A DNA stretch of 64,000 nt, from positions 4,520 through 68,519 of the forward strand of contig DATKLW010000195.1 in the NCBI GenBank assembly GCA_035542215.1, written 5' to 3'. Source of the stretch: Thermoanaerobaculia bacterium. Its GTDB lineage: Bacteria > Acidobacteriota > Thermoanaerobaculia > UBA5066. Under the pieces are notes generated by a model. That model was not told the origin of the DNA. It saw only the letters and a program-made list of their open reading frames with translations, and did not search any database. Shown here piece after piece: positions 16,077 through 24,758 of this stretch; within the stretch, counting starts at the first letter, position 1, and every line of letters begins with the position of its first letter. The position numbers were made by a program, and so were the translations under genes.

Positions 16077-16382
16077 TCACTTGGCCTTCACCGCGTTCTT
16101 CAACCTCGTGCTGAGATCCGGCAGACCTGCCTTGAGCTGCGCGATGTCGCTCTCGAGGTCAGCCCTGAGCTGCGCTGCCTTCGCGTCGCCGGCCTTCTGA
16201 AGCTCGTGGCGCTTGGTCTCGATCTGCTGGTGCTTCGCCTTGAGGATCTTGACGGCGTTCGCTTCGGCCTGAGCCTTCTTGGACTTGGCCTGCGCTTCGA
16301 AGCTTCCCAGCTGCGCTTTGGCCTCGTGAAGGACGGAACTGACCTTCTCCTCGAAAGTCTTGGTTGTGACGCTCTGGTTCAT
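16077..16382 (-). CDS. small Lys/Ala/Gln-rich coiled-coil protein (101 aa), hypothetical
   Basis: A GAGGAG RBS lies 6 nt before ATG 16382. The product is MNQSVTTKTFEEKVSSVLHEAKAQLGSFEAQAKSKKAQAEANAVKILKAKHQQIETKRHELQKAG... It lies 30 nt upstream of the DUF1269-like gene. Confidence 0.6.
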   Translation of the reverse strand: MNQSVTTKTFEEKVSSVLHEAKAQLGSFEAQAKSKKAQAEANAVKILKAKHQQIETKRHELQKAGDAKAAQLRADLESDIAQLKAGLPDLSTRLKNAVKAK

Positions 16383-16409
16383 GGCGTTCTCCTCTCGGCT
16401 GAGCCGGTC

Positions 16410-16424
16410 GCAAGGCGCGTGCCG
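16410..16424 (-). promoter_or_regulatory. sigma-54 promoter candidate for the coiled-coil/DUF1269 operon
   Basis: The minus-strand sequence is CGGCACGcgccTTGC. The predicted +1 is near 16398, giving a 16-nt leader that contains the GAGGAG RBS. Confidence 0.55.
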
Positions 16425-16606
16425 CGGTGGACAGCACGCTCGATCATTGACGCCTCCGCGAATTCCTTGAGTCGCGCGCGAATTCACTGCTCGTGAGGCC
16501 GGGGTGTGCCGCCTTCGTGACGAATCGTCGTTCGTTTCGTCCGTCAGCTGACGTGCGGAAGGGTCGGAAGTGCGGGAGTTCGTGTGGGTTCAATGGAATC
16601 GCGACA

Positions 16607-16621
16607 TGGCATCCGAACTGC
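16607..16621 (+). promoter_or_regulatory. sigma-54 promoter candidate for the DUF1269/DUF308 pair
   Basis: The sequence is TGGCATccgaaCTGC followed by AA, with correct GG/GC spacing. The predicted +1 is near 16633, 46 nt before ATG 16679. It is divergent from the 16410-16424 motif. Confidence 0.5.
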
Positions 16622-16678
16622 AATACCTGGTCGGCAGGCGCGGTCAGAGAGCGCGCAAAGCAACGAAAGGAGAAGGTC

Positions 16679-17383
16679 ATGAATCGCATGCTGGTCGTGG
16701 TGTTCAAGACGGAGAAAAAGGCGTTCGAAGGTCGTGAGGCCCTGAAGAGTCTCGATCGCGATGGCAGCATCAGCGCCTACGCGTATGCGGTCATCAAGAA
16801 GACCCCGGACGGGGTGAGTGTCGTCAAGGAGGGGGACGACCCTGGCCCGCTCGGAACTCTGGTGGGGACGTCGCTGGGGAGCCTCATTGGTTTGCTGGGC
16901 GGGCCGGTGGGGCTCGCGGTCGGCGCCAGTGTCGGGATGCTCGGGGGCATGGTCGCGGATCTGGACAACGCGCGGATCGGCGACGACTTCGTGGACGAGG
17001 TCTCGAGAAAGCTGACGCCGGGGACGTTCGCTCTCGTCGCGGAAATCGAGGAAGAGTGGACGACACCGGTGGACACGCGCATGGAGGCGATCGGCGGAGA
17101 GGTCTCGCGACGCGCCCTCTCGGACGTCCGGCACGCCGCGAATACCGAAGAGGTGGCGGCGATGAAGGCTGATCTCACTCAGATGAAGGCCGAACACGCC
17201 CAGGCGAAGGCGGACCGAAAGGCGAAGCTGCACGAAAAGATCAATCAGCTCGAAGCAAGAATCCAGCAGCACCAGGAGAAGGCGAAGGTGAGGCGCGAGG
17301 CCGCCGAAGCGCGGGCGCAGGCCAAAGTCGCGGTCCTGAAGGCGAAAACGGATGCCCTCCGGAAGGTCGCTTCCGGAAGCTAG
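16679..17383 (+). CDS. DUF1269-like glycine-zipper membrane protein with a C-terminal coiled coil
   Basis: An AAAGGAGAAGG RBS precedes the start. The product is MNRMLVVVFKTEKKAFEG...GPLGTLVGTSLGSLIGLLGGPVGLAVGASVG...EEWTTPVDTRMEAIGG. More than half the positions are identical by eye to 1112-1831. Confidence 0.75.
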   Translation: MNRMLVVVFKTEKKAFEGREALKSLDRDGSISAYAYAVIKKTPDGVSVVKEGDDPGPLGTLVGTSLGSLIGLLGGPVGLAVGASVGMLGGMVADLDNARIGDDFVDEVSRKLTPGTFALVAEIEEEWTTPVDTRMEAIGGEVSRRALSDVRHAANTEEVAAMKADLTQMKAEHAQAKADRKAKLHEKINQLEARIQQHQEKAKVRREAAEARAQAKVAVLKAKTDALRKVASGS

Positions 17384-17428
17384 AACGCAAGGCAATCAAC
17401 CGGTCAAACCACGACCAAAAGGAGACTT

Positions 17429-18007
17429 ATGTCACAAACGAAAACTCTCGCTGACGATGTCAAGAGCCGCTCCGGCTGGAGCATCTTCATGGGCGTCCTG
17501 ATCGTGGTCGTGGGGACCCTCCTCATCGTGTACCCGCTGCTCACGGCGGCGATCACGACGGTGTTCCTGGGGTGGGCGCTGATCTTCGTCGGCCTCGCGG
17601 AGATCGTGCTGGCGTTCAATTCGACGACCGCCGGCAGCTTCTTTCTCAAGATCCTCTTCGGAGCCCTTTACGGAATCGCGGGAATCGCTCTGGCGTTCTT
17701 TCCAATGGAAGGCGTGGCGACGCTGACGGCCTTCCTGGGAGTGTTGCTGGTCGTTCAGGCCGGGATGTCTACGGTGCTCGCGTTCCAGGTCCGGCCGGCA
17801 AACGGCTGGGGCTGGATTCTCTTCGACGGAATCACGAGCCTCATCATGGGCGGGCTCATTCTCATGAGCTGGCCCTCGAGCTCTGTGTGGGCGATCGGCA
17901 CGCTCGTCGGTGTCGCGGTCTTGTTCCGGGGCGTCGGGAGGATCGTGATCTCCGCGGGCATCCGCAAGGGGGCTGCAGACGCTGAGCGTTTTGCTCACGC
18001 TTCCTAA
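17429..18007 (+). CDS. HdeD/DUF308 family membrane protein
   Basis: An AAAGGAG RBS precedes the start. The product shows GWSIFMGVLIVVVGTLLIVYP...SWPSSSVWAIGTLVGVAVLFRGVGRI. It is a paralog of 1861-2436. Confidence 0.8.
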   Translation: MSQTKTLADDVKSRSGWSIFMGVLIVVVGTLLIVYPLLTAAITTVFLGWALIFVGLAEIVLAFNSTTAGSFFLKILFGALYGIAGIALAFFPMEGVATLTAFLGVLLVVQAGMSTVLAFQVRPANGWGWILFDGITSLIMGGLILMSWPSSSVWAIGTLVGVAVLFRGVGRIVISAGIRKGAADAERFAHAS

Positions 18008-18061
18008 CGGAGTTGGGTGCGTCGTGGATCGGCTCGGGCGGGGGTGGCCCGAGCCGGTCTT

Positions 18062-18598
18062 TCATTTTGGTTGCTTCCCCGGAACGAATCTCTCGTAGAG
18101 CGGCTCGCCGGTCGCGAGGTCCTCACCGAAGAACTCGACATACTCGACCTTGGGGAGGGAACCACCTTCCTTCGATTGCACGAACAGCTTACGCAGGACG
18201 CCGTCGTGACCGCCAATCGCCCCGGTTACCGCCGGGCACCCGTTAAGCATGCGAACGACAAGGCGCCTATCTCGCCCTGCCTTGAATGCCATCTCGAACG
18301 TCCCCGGAGTCTTGCCGGGGACGACATCGATGCCATAGGCGTGTTGCCGCTCCACCAGGTTCAGCTCCTCCCGCGCCCCGCTCTCGCCGTTCAGGAGCCA
18401 GTAGGCGACCACGGGATCGGAACCGGCGAGATCACCGGCCGCGTTGCGATTCGCGTCGTACACGACAATGTTGGCGTTCTTGCTCCGCCCGAGGACGAAC
18501 AGATGCGAAGGACAGGAGTCCCCGGGCGGATCGGCCGCCTCGCCTCGAGACACCGGCGCGACCGCGAGCAGGACCAGGGCGAGGCATCCTCGACGCAC
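18062..18598 (-). CDS. secreted hypothetical protein, possibly DUF4833-like
   Basis: It has the signal peptide MRRGCLALVLLAVAPVSRGEA, then LFVLGRSKNANIVVYDANRN...VVAYWLLNGESGAREELNLVERQHAYG. The family assignment is from memory only. Confidence 0.5.
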   Translation of the reverse strand: MRRGCLALVLLAVAPVSRGEAADPPGDSCPSHLFVLGRSKNANIVVYDANRNAAGDLAGSDPVVAYWLLNGESGAREELNLVERQHAYGIDVVPGKTPGTFEMAFKAGRDRRLVVRMLNGCPAVTGAIGGHDGVLRKLFVQSKEGGSLPKVEYVEFFGEDLATGEPLYERFVPGKQPK

Positions 18599-18604
18599 GT
18601 CCTC

Positions 18605-19162
18605 TCAGCCTTCCACCAGCGACTTCAGCCGAAAGGCCCCGACGAGAAGCGCGGACCCGCTGACGATCGCGAAACCAGCCATGAAGCCGAGGATAGCGGC
18701 GAGCGTGGTCGGAGGCGACACCAGGGCGGCGACCGACGCAGCGAGACAGACGACGCCCCACGTGAGGGTCCATCCCCAGGGGAGGTCGAGCCGTTTCTCC
18801 TGCAGGGCGACGGTAATGCCGATGATTCCGGAAAGCAGCAGCCAGAGACTGACCCAGGTCACCGCGAACGCCAGCGAAAGACTCGGGTAGTAGCAGAGAG
18901 CGGCGATCCCGAACCCGACGCTGACGAGGCCGGCGAGGAGAAGCAGCCACCACGAGCTGAAGACGGATCGAAGATCGATGGAGCGCATGATTTCCGTGAT
19001 TCCGCTGACGAGCGCCCAGATCGCGATGACGAGCGCGAACGCGGCGACGGACTCGAGCGGCTTGACCAGAATGAAGATGCCGAGTGCGATGGCGAGCAGC
19101 CCTCGAATGACCAGCGCCCACCACGACCGACGGAACGCCTGACGGAGACTCTCGGCGACCAT
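18605..19162 (-). CDS. HdeD/DUF308 family membrane protein
   Basis: An AAAGGAGG RBS lies 5 nt before ATG 19162. The product shows WWALVIRGLLAIALGIFILVKP and six TM segments. The track ORF start at 19246 lacks an RBS. Confidence 0.8.
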   Translation of the reverse strand: MVAESLRQAFRRSWWALVIRGLLAIALGIFILVKPLESVAAFALVIAIWALVSGITEIMRSIDLRSVFSSWWLLLLAGLVSVGFGIAALCYYPSLSLAFAVTWVSLWLLLSGIIGITVALQEKRLDLPWGWTLTWGVVCLAASVAALVSPPTTLAAILGFMAGFAIVSGSALLVGAFRLKSLVEG

Positions 19163-19238
19163 GTGTCCTCCTTTCGATCCGTGCGCCGTCCATCGCCGCG
19201 ACGGATCAGTCGAAACGTCGCAAGTCTCGGCCTCGCGG

Positions 19239-20315
19239 TCACGCACGCGCAGCGGCTGCGGTGAAGGTCTCCGGGGAAGAAGTCGGAAGCCCCAGCCTGG
19301 AAATGCGATACACCAGCGTCGTGCGCTTCATCCCGAGGCGCGCGGCCGCGCCCTGGGGGCCCGCGATGACCCAGTTCGACTCCCTGAGAGCCCGGAGGAT
19401 GTGATCGCGCTCGATCTCCTCGAGTGTGCCCGCTGCGGACCGAGAGTCTTGCACGACCGCGTGCTTCAGCTGGGCGAGCGGAGGCCGGAGCACCGGCCCG
19501 GGCGACAGGATGACCGCACGCTCCAGGAAGTTCTGCAGCTCGCGGACGTTTCCCGGCCAGTCGTAGCACTGCAACGCCTCCATGGCCTCTTCCGGAATCG
19601 TCTCGATGTGGCGATTGAGCCGTGCGGCAAATCGGGCCACGTAGTGCCGGACGAGCATCGGGATGTCCTCCCGTCGCTCGCGCAGGGGAGGAAGATGGAG
19701 CGGAAACACGTGCAGCCGGTAGAACAGGTCGCCCCGGAACTGCTTGTCCGAGACCCTTTGGAGCAGGTCCTGGTTCGTGGCCGCGACGATGCGCACGTCG
19801 ACGCGCTGCGTGCGGCTCGTGCCGAGTCGCTCGAATTCCTGCTCCTGAAGCACGCGGAGCAGCTTCGGCTGCAGGTCGATCGGGATGTCCCCGATCTCGT
19901 CGAGGAACAGCGTTCCCTTGTCCGCGATTTCGAATCGGCCGGCCTTGCGCATGAAGGCTCCGGTGAAAGCACCCTTCTCGTGCCCGAAGAGCTCGCTCTC
20001 GAGCAGGCCGGACGGGATCGCCGCGCAATTCAGCTTGACGAAGGGCCGGTCGCGGCGCGAGCTGAGGGCGTGAATGGCGCGGGCGATGAGCTCCTTTCCC
20101 GTGCCCGTCTCTCCCTGGATCAGCACCGTGGAGTCCGTCGGAGCCACGATCTTGACCTGGCCGAGAATCTCCTCGAGGGCCGCACTCTCGCCGACGATCT
20201 CCGGAAGAGCCGCGTCCTGCCGAGACTCCTGGCTTGCCCTTCGCACATTTTCAGGCTCATCGAAGTGAGAATCCGAGGGGTGCTTGTCGGGGAGAGAGAG
20301 GGAATTTGAACTCAT
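19239..20315 (-). CDS. sigma-54 dependent activator without an N-terminal sensory domain (PspF-like architecture, ~358 aa)
   Basis: About 40 aa of low-complexity N-terminus lead directly into the AAA+ core ([14 protein letters not shown]..., [21 protein letters not shown]). A C-terminal HTH follows ([21 protein letters not shown]). The start is moved to ATG 20315 because the track ORF start at 20522 overlaps the STAS gene. Confidence 0.9.
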   Translation of the reverse strand: MSSNSLSLPDKHPSDSHFDEPENVRRASQESRQDAALPEIVGESAALEEILGQVKIVAPTDSTVLIQGETGTGKELIARAIHALSSRRDRPFVKLNCAAIPSGLLESELFGHEKGAFTGAFMRKAGRFEIADKGTLFLDEIGDIPIDLQPKLLRVLQEQEFERLGTSRTQRVDVRIVAATNQDLLQRVSDKQFRGDLFYRLHVFPLHLPPLRERREDIPMLVRHYVARFAARLNRHIETIPEEAMEALQCYDWPGNVRELQNFLERAVILSPGPVLRPPLAQLKHAVVQDSRSAAGTLEEIERDHILRALRESNWVIAGPQGAAARLGMKRTTLVYRISRLGLPTSSPETFTAAAARA

Positions 20316-20346
20316 GGCGATTTCGCAGAGGTTCGCGTACGGGCGC

Positions 20347-20616
20347 TCAGCCCCTGCGCCTTTCGTGCTCTTGAGCAATCCACTCGCGGACGTAGCCCGG
20401 GCAATTCTCGAGCGCGATGCCGTTGTCTGCGCAGCGTCCGAGAAACTCGACGGCGCCGCGGTCGACGAGCGTGACGTTCTTGAGGTCCAGAACGAGGTGA
20501 CGACCGGTTCCCTCCAGATCAACGAGTCTCTTCAGCTCTGCCACGTCCTCGGCCTTTACTTCGCCGCTGAGGGTGAGGACAACGCCCCCGTTCGAGGCTC
20601 GTTCGATTCTCATCAC
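20347..20616 (-). CDS. STAS domain protein, paralog of 798-1073
   Basis: The product (M)MRIERASNGGVVLTLSGEVKAEDVAELKRLVD...LVLDLKNVTLVDRGAVEFLGRCADNGIALENCPGYVREWI has STAS topology. The first codon is GTG at 20616 and ATG follows at 20613. Confidence 0.7.
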   Translation of the reverse strand: MMRIERASNGGVVLTLSGEVKAEDVAELKRLVDLEGTGRHLVLDLKNVTLVDRGAVEFLGRCADNGIALENCPGYVREWIAQEHERRRG

Positions 20617-20629
20617 GCCGTCACTGACT

Positions 20630-20644
20630 GCAACGCACAGGCCA
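20630..20644 (-). promoter_or_regulatory. sigma-54 promoter candidate upstream of the STAS-bEBP operon
   Basis: The minus-strand sequence is TGGCCTgtgcgTTGC followed by A. GG/GC spacing is correct, with a weaker -24 half. It sits 13-16 nt upstream of the start codon, the same geometry as 768-782. Confidence 0.4.
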
Positions 20645-20747
20645 CGCGTATGTCGTTGAAAACACGTGGACGCCTTCTCGTCACGACGTTACGAAGTTCG
20701 TAAATCTGCGAGTTTCGCGAGAGTGCGGGCCGCGAATGAGACTGAGT

Positions 20748-23696
20748 CTAGGGTGCTTTGAACTGGTGCTTGTCGATCCCCAGGGCCTTGATTTTCGACT
20801 CCAGGGTGGTCGACGGAATGCCGAGCCTCGCGGCCGCACCCGCCGGCCCGGAAACCCGGCCGCGAGTCTCAGCCAACGCCGCTTCGATGATTTCCTTCTC
20901 CTCGTGCGCCGGCGCCCTCAACAACCTCTGACTTCCCGCCTGCGTCTCGCCAGCCACTCTCCGCGAGAGCCAGCTCTCGTCCACCGAAAACACCTCCGTG
21001 TCGCAGACGATGACCGACCGTTCGACGACGTTCTGAAGCTCGCGGATGTTTCCCGGCCAGGGATACGTCTGCAGCCGATCCAGGCTCTCCTTGTCGATGC
21101 TCGTGATGCTCTTTCCTGTCTTCCTCGCAAAGCGGTGGATGAAGTACTCCACGAGGAGCGGGATGTCCTCCCGCCTCTGGCGCAGCGGCGGCGTCTCGAT
21201 CGGAAACACGTTGAGCCGGTAAAAGAGGTCGCTTCGAAAGGCGCCCCTGTCGATCGCAGCCTGCAGGTCGCGATTCGTGGCCGCGACCACCCTCACATCG
21301 ACCGGAATCGGGTGCGCGCCCCCGACGCGCTGGAGCTCCCTCTCCTGCAGGACGCGCAGGAGGGCGACCTGGGTCTCCGCGGGCAGGTCCCCGACCTCGT
21401 CCAGGAAGATCGTGCCTCCCTCCGCGAGCTCGAAGCGCCCCAGATGCCGTTGCAACGCTCCGGTGAAGGCCCCCTTCTCGTGGCCAAACAGCTCCGAGGC
21501 GATGAGGGCGGGCGGAATCGCGGCGCAGTTCACGCTGACGAAGGCCCGGCCGGACCGAGGCGAGCGCTTGTGAATTGCGCGGGCGATCAGCTCCTTGCCG
21601 GTACCAGTTTCCCCGGTGACGAGAACGGTTGAGTCCGTGGGCGCGACCTTGGAGACACGGGAGAGGACCTCGCGGAGGGCGGAAGAGGTCCCCACGATCT
21701 CCTCGAACATCGAGGTCTTGTCGATTTCCTGGCGCAGCGAAACGTTCTCTCTCGCGAGCCGGTCCTCCGCCTGCTTGCGATCCTCGATATCGGTCGCCGA
21801 AACGTACCAGCGCTGGATGCTCCCCGCCTCATCTCTCCACGGGCCGAAGCGGATCAGGAACCACCGGTGATTGCCGTCCTTTCTGCGGAGACGCGCCTCG
21901 AACTCGTGCGCGGAACCGCTCAGGAACTTGCTTTGAGATTCGGCCACGCGCTCTCGGTCGTCCGGGTGATAGAACTCGCCTTTGCCGCGACTCTGAAACT
22001 CCTCCAGGGTGACACCGAGATAGTCGAGCCCGGACTGGTTGACATAGAGTGGATTTCTGTCCGCGGCCCGTAAGACGGCCACGAACTGCGGGACGAGGTT
22101 CAGGACCTGCCGGATCTCCGCCTCACTCCCGCGCAGGGCGGCTTCCACCCGCTTCCGATCCTCGATGTCCGTCCGCGTTCCGTACCACCGGATGATTCGC
22201 CCCTCGTCGTCCCGCAGCGGGTTGATGCGGATCAGGAACCAGCGATACTGCCCGTCCTTCCCAAGGAGTCGCGCCTCCGTCTCCCAGGGAATCCCTTGGG
22301 CGACCGCCTCCTCGCGCTCGTGCCGGAACCTCTCCAGGTCGTCCGGATGGAAGGCGCGGAAGAGATAGTCCGGAGTCCGGACGTCTTCCCGGGTGAGACC
22401 CGCGTAGTCGAGACCCCGCTGATTCAGGTAGAGGATTTCCCCGTGCGGCTCCAGGACGACGACGTGGTGCGGGATGGCATCGACGAGGCGCCGAAGCTCC
22501 AACTCGTCCTGCCGGAGCTTCTCGTTCGCCCTCTTTGCTTCCGTGACATCCATCACGGCGCCGACGAACTCGAGGCCGCCCGTCTCGTCTCTCGAGGCAT
22601 GCCCGACGACGTGGAGATGCTTGACGGAACCGCCGGGCATCAGCAGGCGATGCTCGAAGTCGAAGTTCTGGCCGGTTTCCGAGGCTCTCGCGATGACCTC
22701 CTGAACCCGGACAGCGTCCTCCGGATGAGTCCGCCAGAGGACGGTCTCCACGGACACCTCGTTCGTCCGGTCGATTTCGAAGATCCGGAAGGTCTCGTCG
22801 GACCAGAAGATGTCTCCGCGCGCGACGTTCCAGCCGAAGCTCCCGGTGTGACTGACGCGTTGTGCCTCCGCAAGGTAGGCCTCGCTCCGCCGCAAGACCT
22901 CCTCGGCGTGTACACGGTCCGTCACGTCGATGTTCGTCCCGAGGACTTCGACGACCTCCCCGTCGGCATTCAAGACCGGGTGGCCGATGGCGTCGAAGTG
23001 CCGAACGGTTCCGTCGGGAAGCGCCACTCTGTACGAGGCGGCGTAGTCCGCTTTCTCGCGGACTGTTCTGTCACTGAGCTCTTTGACTCTGTCGCGATCG
23101 TCCGGGTGTATCCGCTGCCATATTTGTTCTCGCGTGAGCATTCCCTGCTGCGGCTCCGCGCCGACCAAACGGATCAACTCCGCGGAGCAGTAGAGGAGCT
23201 CCCGGGTGGCGCCGTCGACAGCCCAGCTGCCCGTATGAGTCAGCCTCTGCGCTTCGGCCAGATAGGCCTCACTCCGCCGCAGCGCTTCCTGTGCCGCGAC
23301 AGCTTCGGCGAGCCGCTGGTTGGCGTTCAGGGCCTCCCGGCGTGCGCGATCCGCGAGACGGCTGGTCGTGATCCCGATGACAAGGAATGCGACCAGCGCG
23401 GCAGCGTCCCGCGGGTCGTCGAAAGTGAAGGTGCCCGGCGAAACGATCAGGGTGAACCCGATCGCGGCAAAGAACGAAAGGACCAGGGCGTAACGAAAAC
23501 CCCATGCGGCCGAGCCGATCAGGACGACGAACAGGAATGTGAGAGCCGCCGCAAACGTCCGGTCCGCCGGGTGTACGGCAAGGAGCGCGGCCGTGATCGC
23601 GGCGACAACCGCGACACAAATCGCAAGCCGGAAGACCGTTCTACCGATTCCGCTCGATCGGCCGTCGACCCCCTGAAGCGTGCCCTGCGGGTTCAC
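20748..23696 (-). CDS. membrane-anchored multi-PAS sigma-54 dependent activator (DUF4118-like TM module, several PAS domains, AAA+ and HTH)
   Basis: The N-terminal TM block resembles the KdpD-type DUF4118. The signature RRSEAYLAEAQR..HTGS(W/F) recurs and PAS-like units follow. Then come [21 protein letters not shown] and the HTH AAARLGIPSTTLESKIKALGI. Confidence 0.9.
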   Translation of the reverse strand: MNPQGTLQGVDGRSSGIGRTVFRLAICVAVVAAITAALLAVHPADRTFAAALTFLFVVLIGSAAWGFRYALVLSFFAAIGFTLIVSPGTFTFDDPRDAAALVAFLVIGITTSRLADRARREALNANQRLAEAVAAQEALRRSEAYLAEAQRLTHTGSWAVDGATRELLYCSAELIRLVGAEPQQGMLTREQIWQRIHPDDRDRVKELSDRTVREKADYAASYRVALPDGTVRHFDAIGHPVLNADGEVVEVLGTNIDVTDRVHAEEVLRRSEAYLAEAQRVSHTGSFGWNVARGDIFWSDETFRIFEIDRTNEVSVETVLWRTHPEDAVRVQEVIARASETGQNFDFEHRLLMPGGSVKHLHVVGHASRDETGGLEFVGAVMDVTEAKRANEKLRQDELELRRLVDAIPHHVVVLEPHGEILYLNQRGLDYAGLTREDVRTPDYLFRAFHPDDLERFRHEREEAVAQGIPWETEARLLGKDGQYRWFLIRINPLRDDEGRIIRWYGTRTDIEDRKRVEAALRGSEAEIRQVLNLVPQFVAVLRAADRNPLYVNQSGLDYLGVTLEEFQSRGKGEFYHPDDRERVAESQSKFLSGSAHEFEARLRRKDGNHRWFLIRFGPWRDEAGSIQRWYVSATDIEDRKQAEDRLARENVSLRQEIDKTSMFEEIVGTSSALREVLSRVSKVAPTDSTVLVTGETGTGKELIARAIHKRSPRSGRAFVSVNCAAIPPALIASELFGHEKGAFTGALQRHLGRFELAEGGTIFLDEVGDLPAETQVALLRVLQERELQRVGGAHPIPVDVRVVAATNRDLQAAIDRGAFRSDLFYRLNVFPIETPPLRQRREDIPLLVEYFIHRFARKTGKSITSIDKESLDRLQTYPWPGNIRELQNVVERSVIVCDTEVFSVDESWLSRRVAGETQAGSQRLLRAPAHEEKEIIEAALAETRGRVSGPAGAAARLGIPSTTLESKIKALGIDKHQFKAP

Positions 23697-23774
23697 GGTG
23701 CGCGATCCTGTAGGTCAACGCATCAGACTTCAACTCTCCGATCCCCGTCAATGGTCTTTCACTGATCCGATGCT

Positions 23775-24173
23775 TCAAGGTTTCGCGACAAGGACCCACC
23801 CGGCCTCGACTTTCGTTTCGTAGGTGCGGATGGATTCCGTGCGGACCTGCTGCATCTGCAGGGCGACGTTCCGCAGCATCGTGGCTATCCGGGGCGGAGG
23901 GGTCTCGTTGCCCAGGTCCGCCGGGACCGGACCGGAGAGGGCCCCGCCGGTCATGACGTCGAACTGGGCGCAGTGCATGCCGCAGGTGACGATCTTGCCG
24001 TCGAGCGTTCCCATCTCCAGCGGCGCATTCATGTGTCCGCACCGCCGCTGGATGGCGAAGTAAGTTCCGCCGCAATTGCAGATGACGACCTCGCGTCCAT
24101 TCAGCTCGACGGTCTTCATTCCGCCGGGCGCGATCTCGTCCGTGCGGATGGCGCGGAGGAACTCCTCACCCAA
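23775..24173 (-). CDS. Rieske [2Fe-2S] domain protein (small ferredoxin-type)
   Basis: It carries the CxH-X16-CxxH motif RRCGHMNAPLEMGTLDGKIVTCGMHCAQFD. The TTG start overlaps the stop of the upstream gene by 8 nt. Confidence 0.8.
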   Translation of the reverse strand: MGEEFLRAIRTDEIAPGGMKTVELNGREVVICNCGGTYFAIQRRCGHMNAPLEMGTLDGKIVTCGMHCAQFDVMTGGALSGPVPADLGNETPPPRIATMLRNVALQMQQVRTESIRTYETKVEAGWVLVAKP

Positions 24174-24501
24174 GGCCCACGTCCTTCGGCGGCAGCTGGG
24201 GAAGGCGGTTCGGGTCGGTGACGTCCTTGTGCACGAAGAGGCCGCACCAGCAGCGTTTCAGCGCGTCGAAATGTTCCCGGTGGAAGGGAATGCATGGACA
24301 GACGATCTGCATGTCGCGCGCGCGGTCGCGGCGTATCGGCTGGCAGGGACAGAAGGGAATGCCGTGCTTGGCCTCCAGCGTCACTTCCTGTTCGAGCAGA
24401 AACTCCTTCAACTCCTCGTCGGGCGTGAACTTGAAACCCATTGGCCCGACGATCTTCTCGAAGAAGTACTGAAGCGCCTTTTTCCTCGGTTCCGTTTCCA
24501 T
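24166..24501 (-). CDS. ferredoxin:thioredoxin reductase catalytic-subunit-like protein (FTR-like, variant Cys motif)
   Basis: The product is METEPRKKALQYFFEKIV...GIPFCPCQPIRRDRARDMQIVCPCIPFHREHFDALKRCWCGLF, giving CPC-X14-CPC-X13-CWC. This resembles the FTR catalytic CPC...CPC...CHC cluster or disulfide motif. The true start is the internal ATG of track ORF 24166-24780. Confidence 0.75.
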   Translation of the reverse strand: METEPRKKALQYFFEKIVGPMGFKFTPDEELKEFLLEQEVTLEAKHGIPFCPCQPIRRDRARDMQIVCPCIPFHREHFDALKRCWCGLFVHKDVTDPNRLPQLPPKDVGLG

Positions 24502-24512
24502 TCGACACCACC

Positions 24513-24758
24513 CTACGACGTCAGCGCGCGCGAATAGACCTCCGGCTGGTATCCCGAAATCACGGCGTCGCCGATCCTGGCGAATGGGAAGCCCGTGGCG
24601 CCGGCGGCATCGAGCTCCCGCGAGATCCTCTCCTGGGTCGCCTCGTCGGCGAGGTCGTAGTCGATGTACGTGAAAGGGATGTCGCGATCGGCGAAGAACT
24701 CCTTCGCTCTGCGGCACCACGGACAAGTCGAGAGCGTATAGAGCGTGACGGTTTTCAT
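24513..24758 (-). CDS. glutaredoxin/NrdH-like small thioredoxin-fold protein (CPWC active site)
   Basis: The product MKTVTLYTLSTCPWCRRAKEFFADRDIPFTYIDYD...GFPFARIGDAVISGY is 81 aa and has the typical Grx fold pattern. Confidence 0.8.
   Translation of the reverse strand: MKTVTLYTLSTCPWCRRAKEFFADRDIPFTYIDYDLADEATQERISRELDAAGATGFPFARIGDAVISGYQPEVYSRALTS

Noticed and set aside
19220-19232. A GGCC...TTGC-like sequence between the sensorless bEBP gene and the DUF308 gene (minus strand), plus a 7-bp inverted repeat GATCCGT/ACGGATC at 19176-19207.
   Set aside because: The GG to GC spacing is 11 rather than 12 nt, so it does not fit a sigma-54 promoter. The hairpin has an 18-nt loop and no U-tract, so it is too weak to call a terminator.
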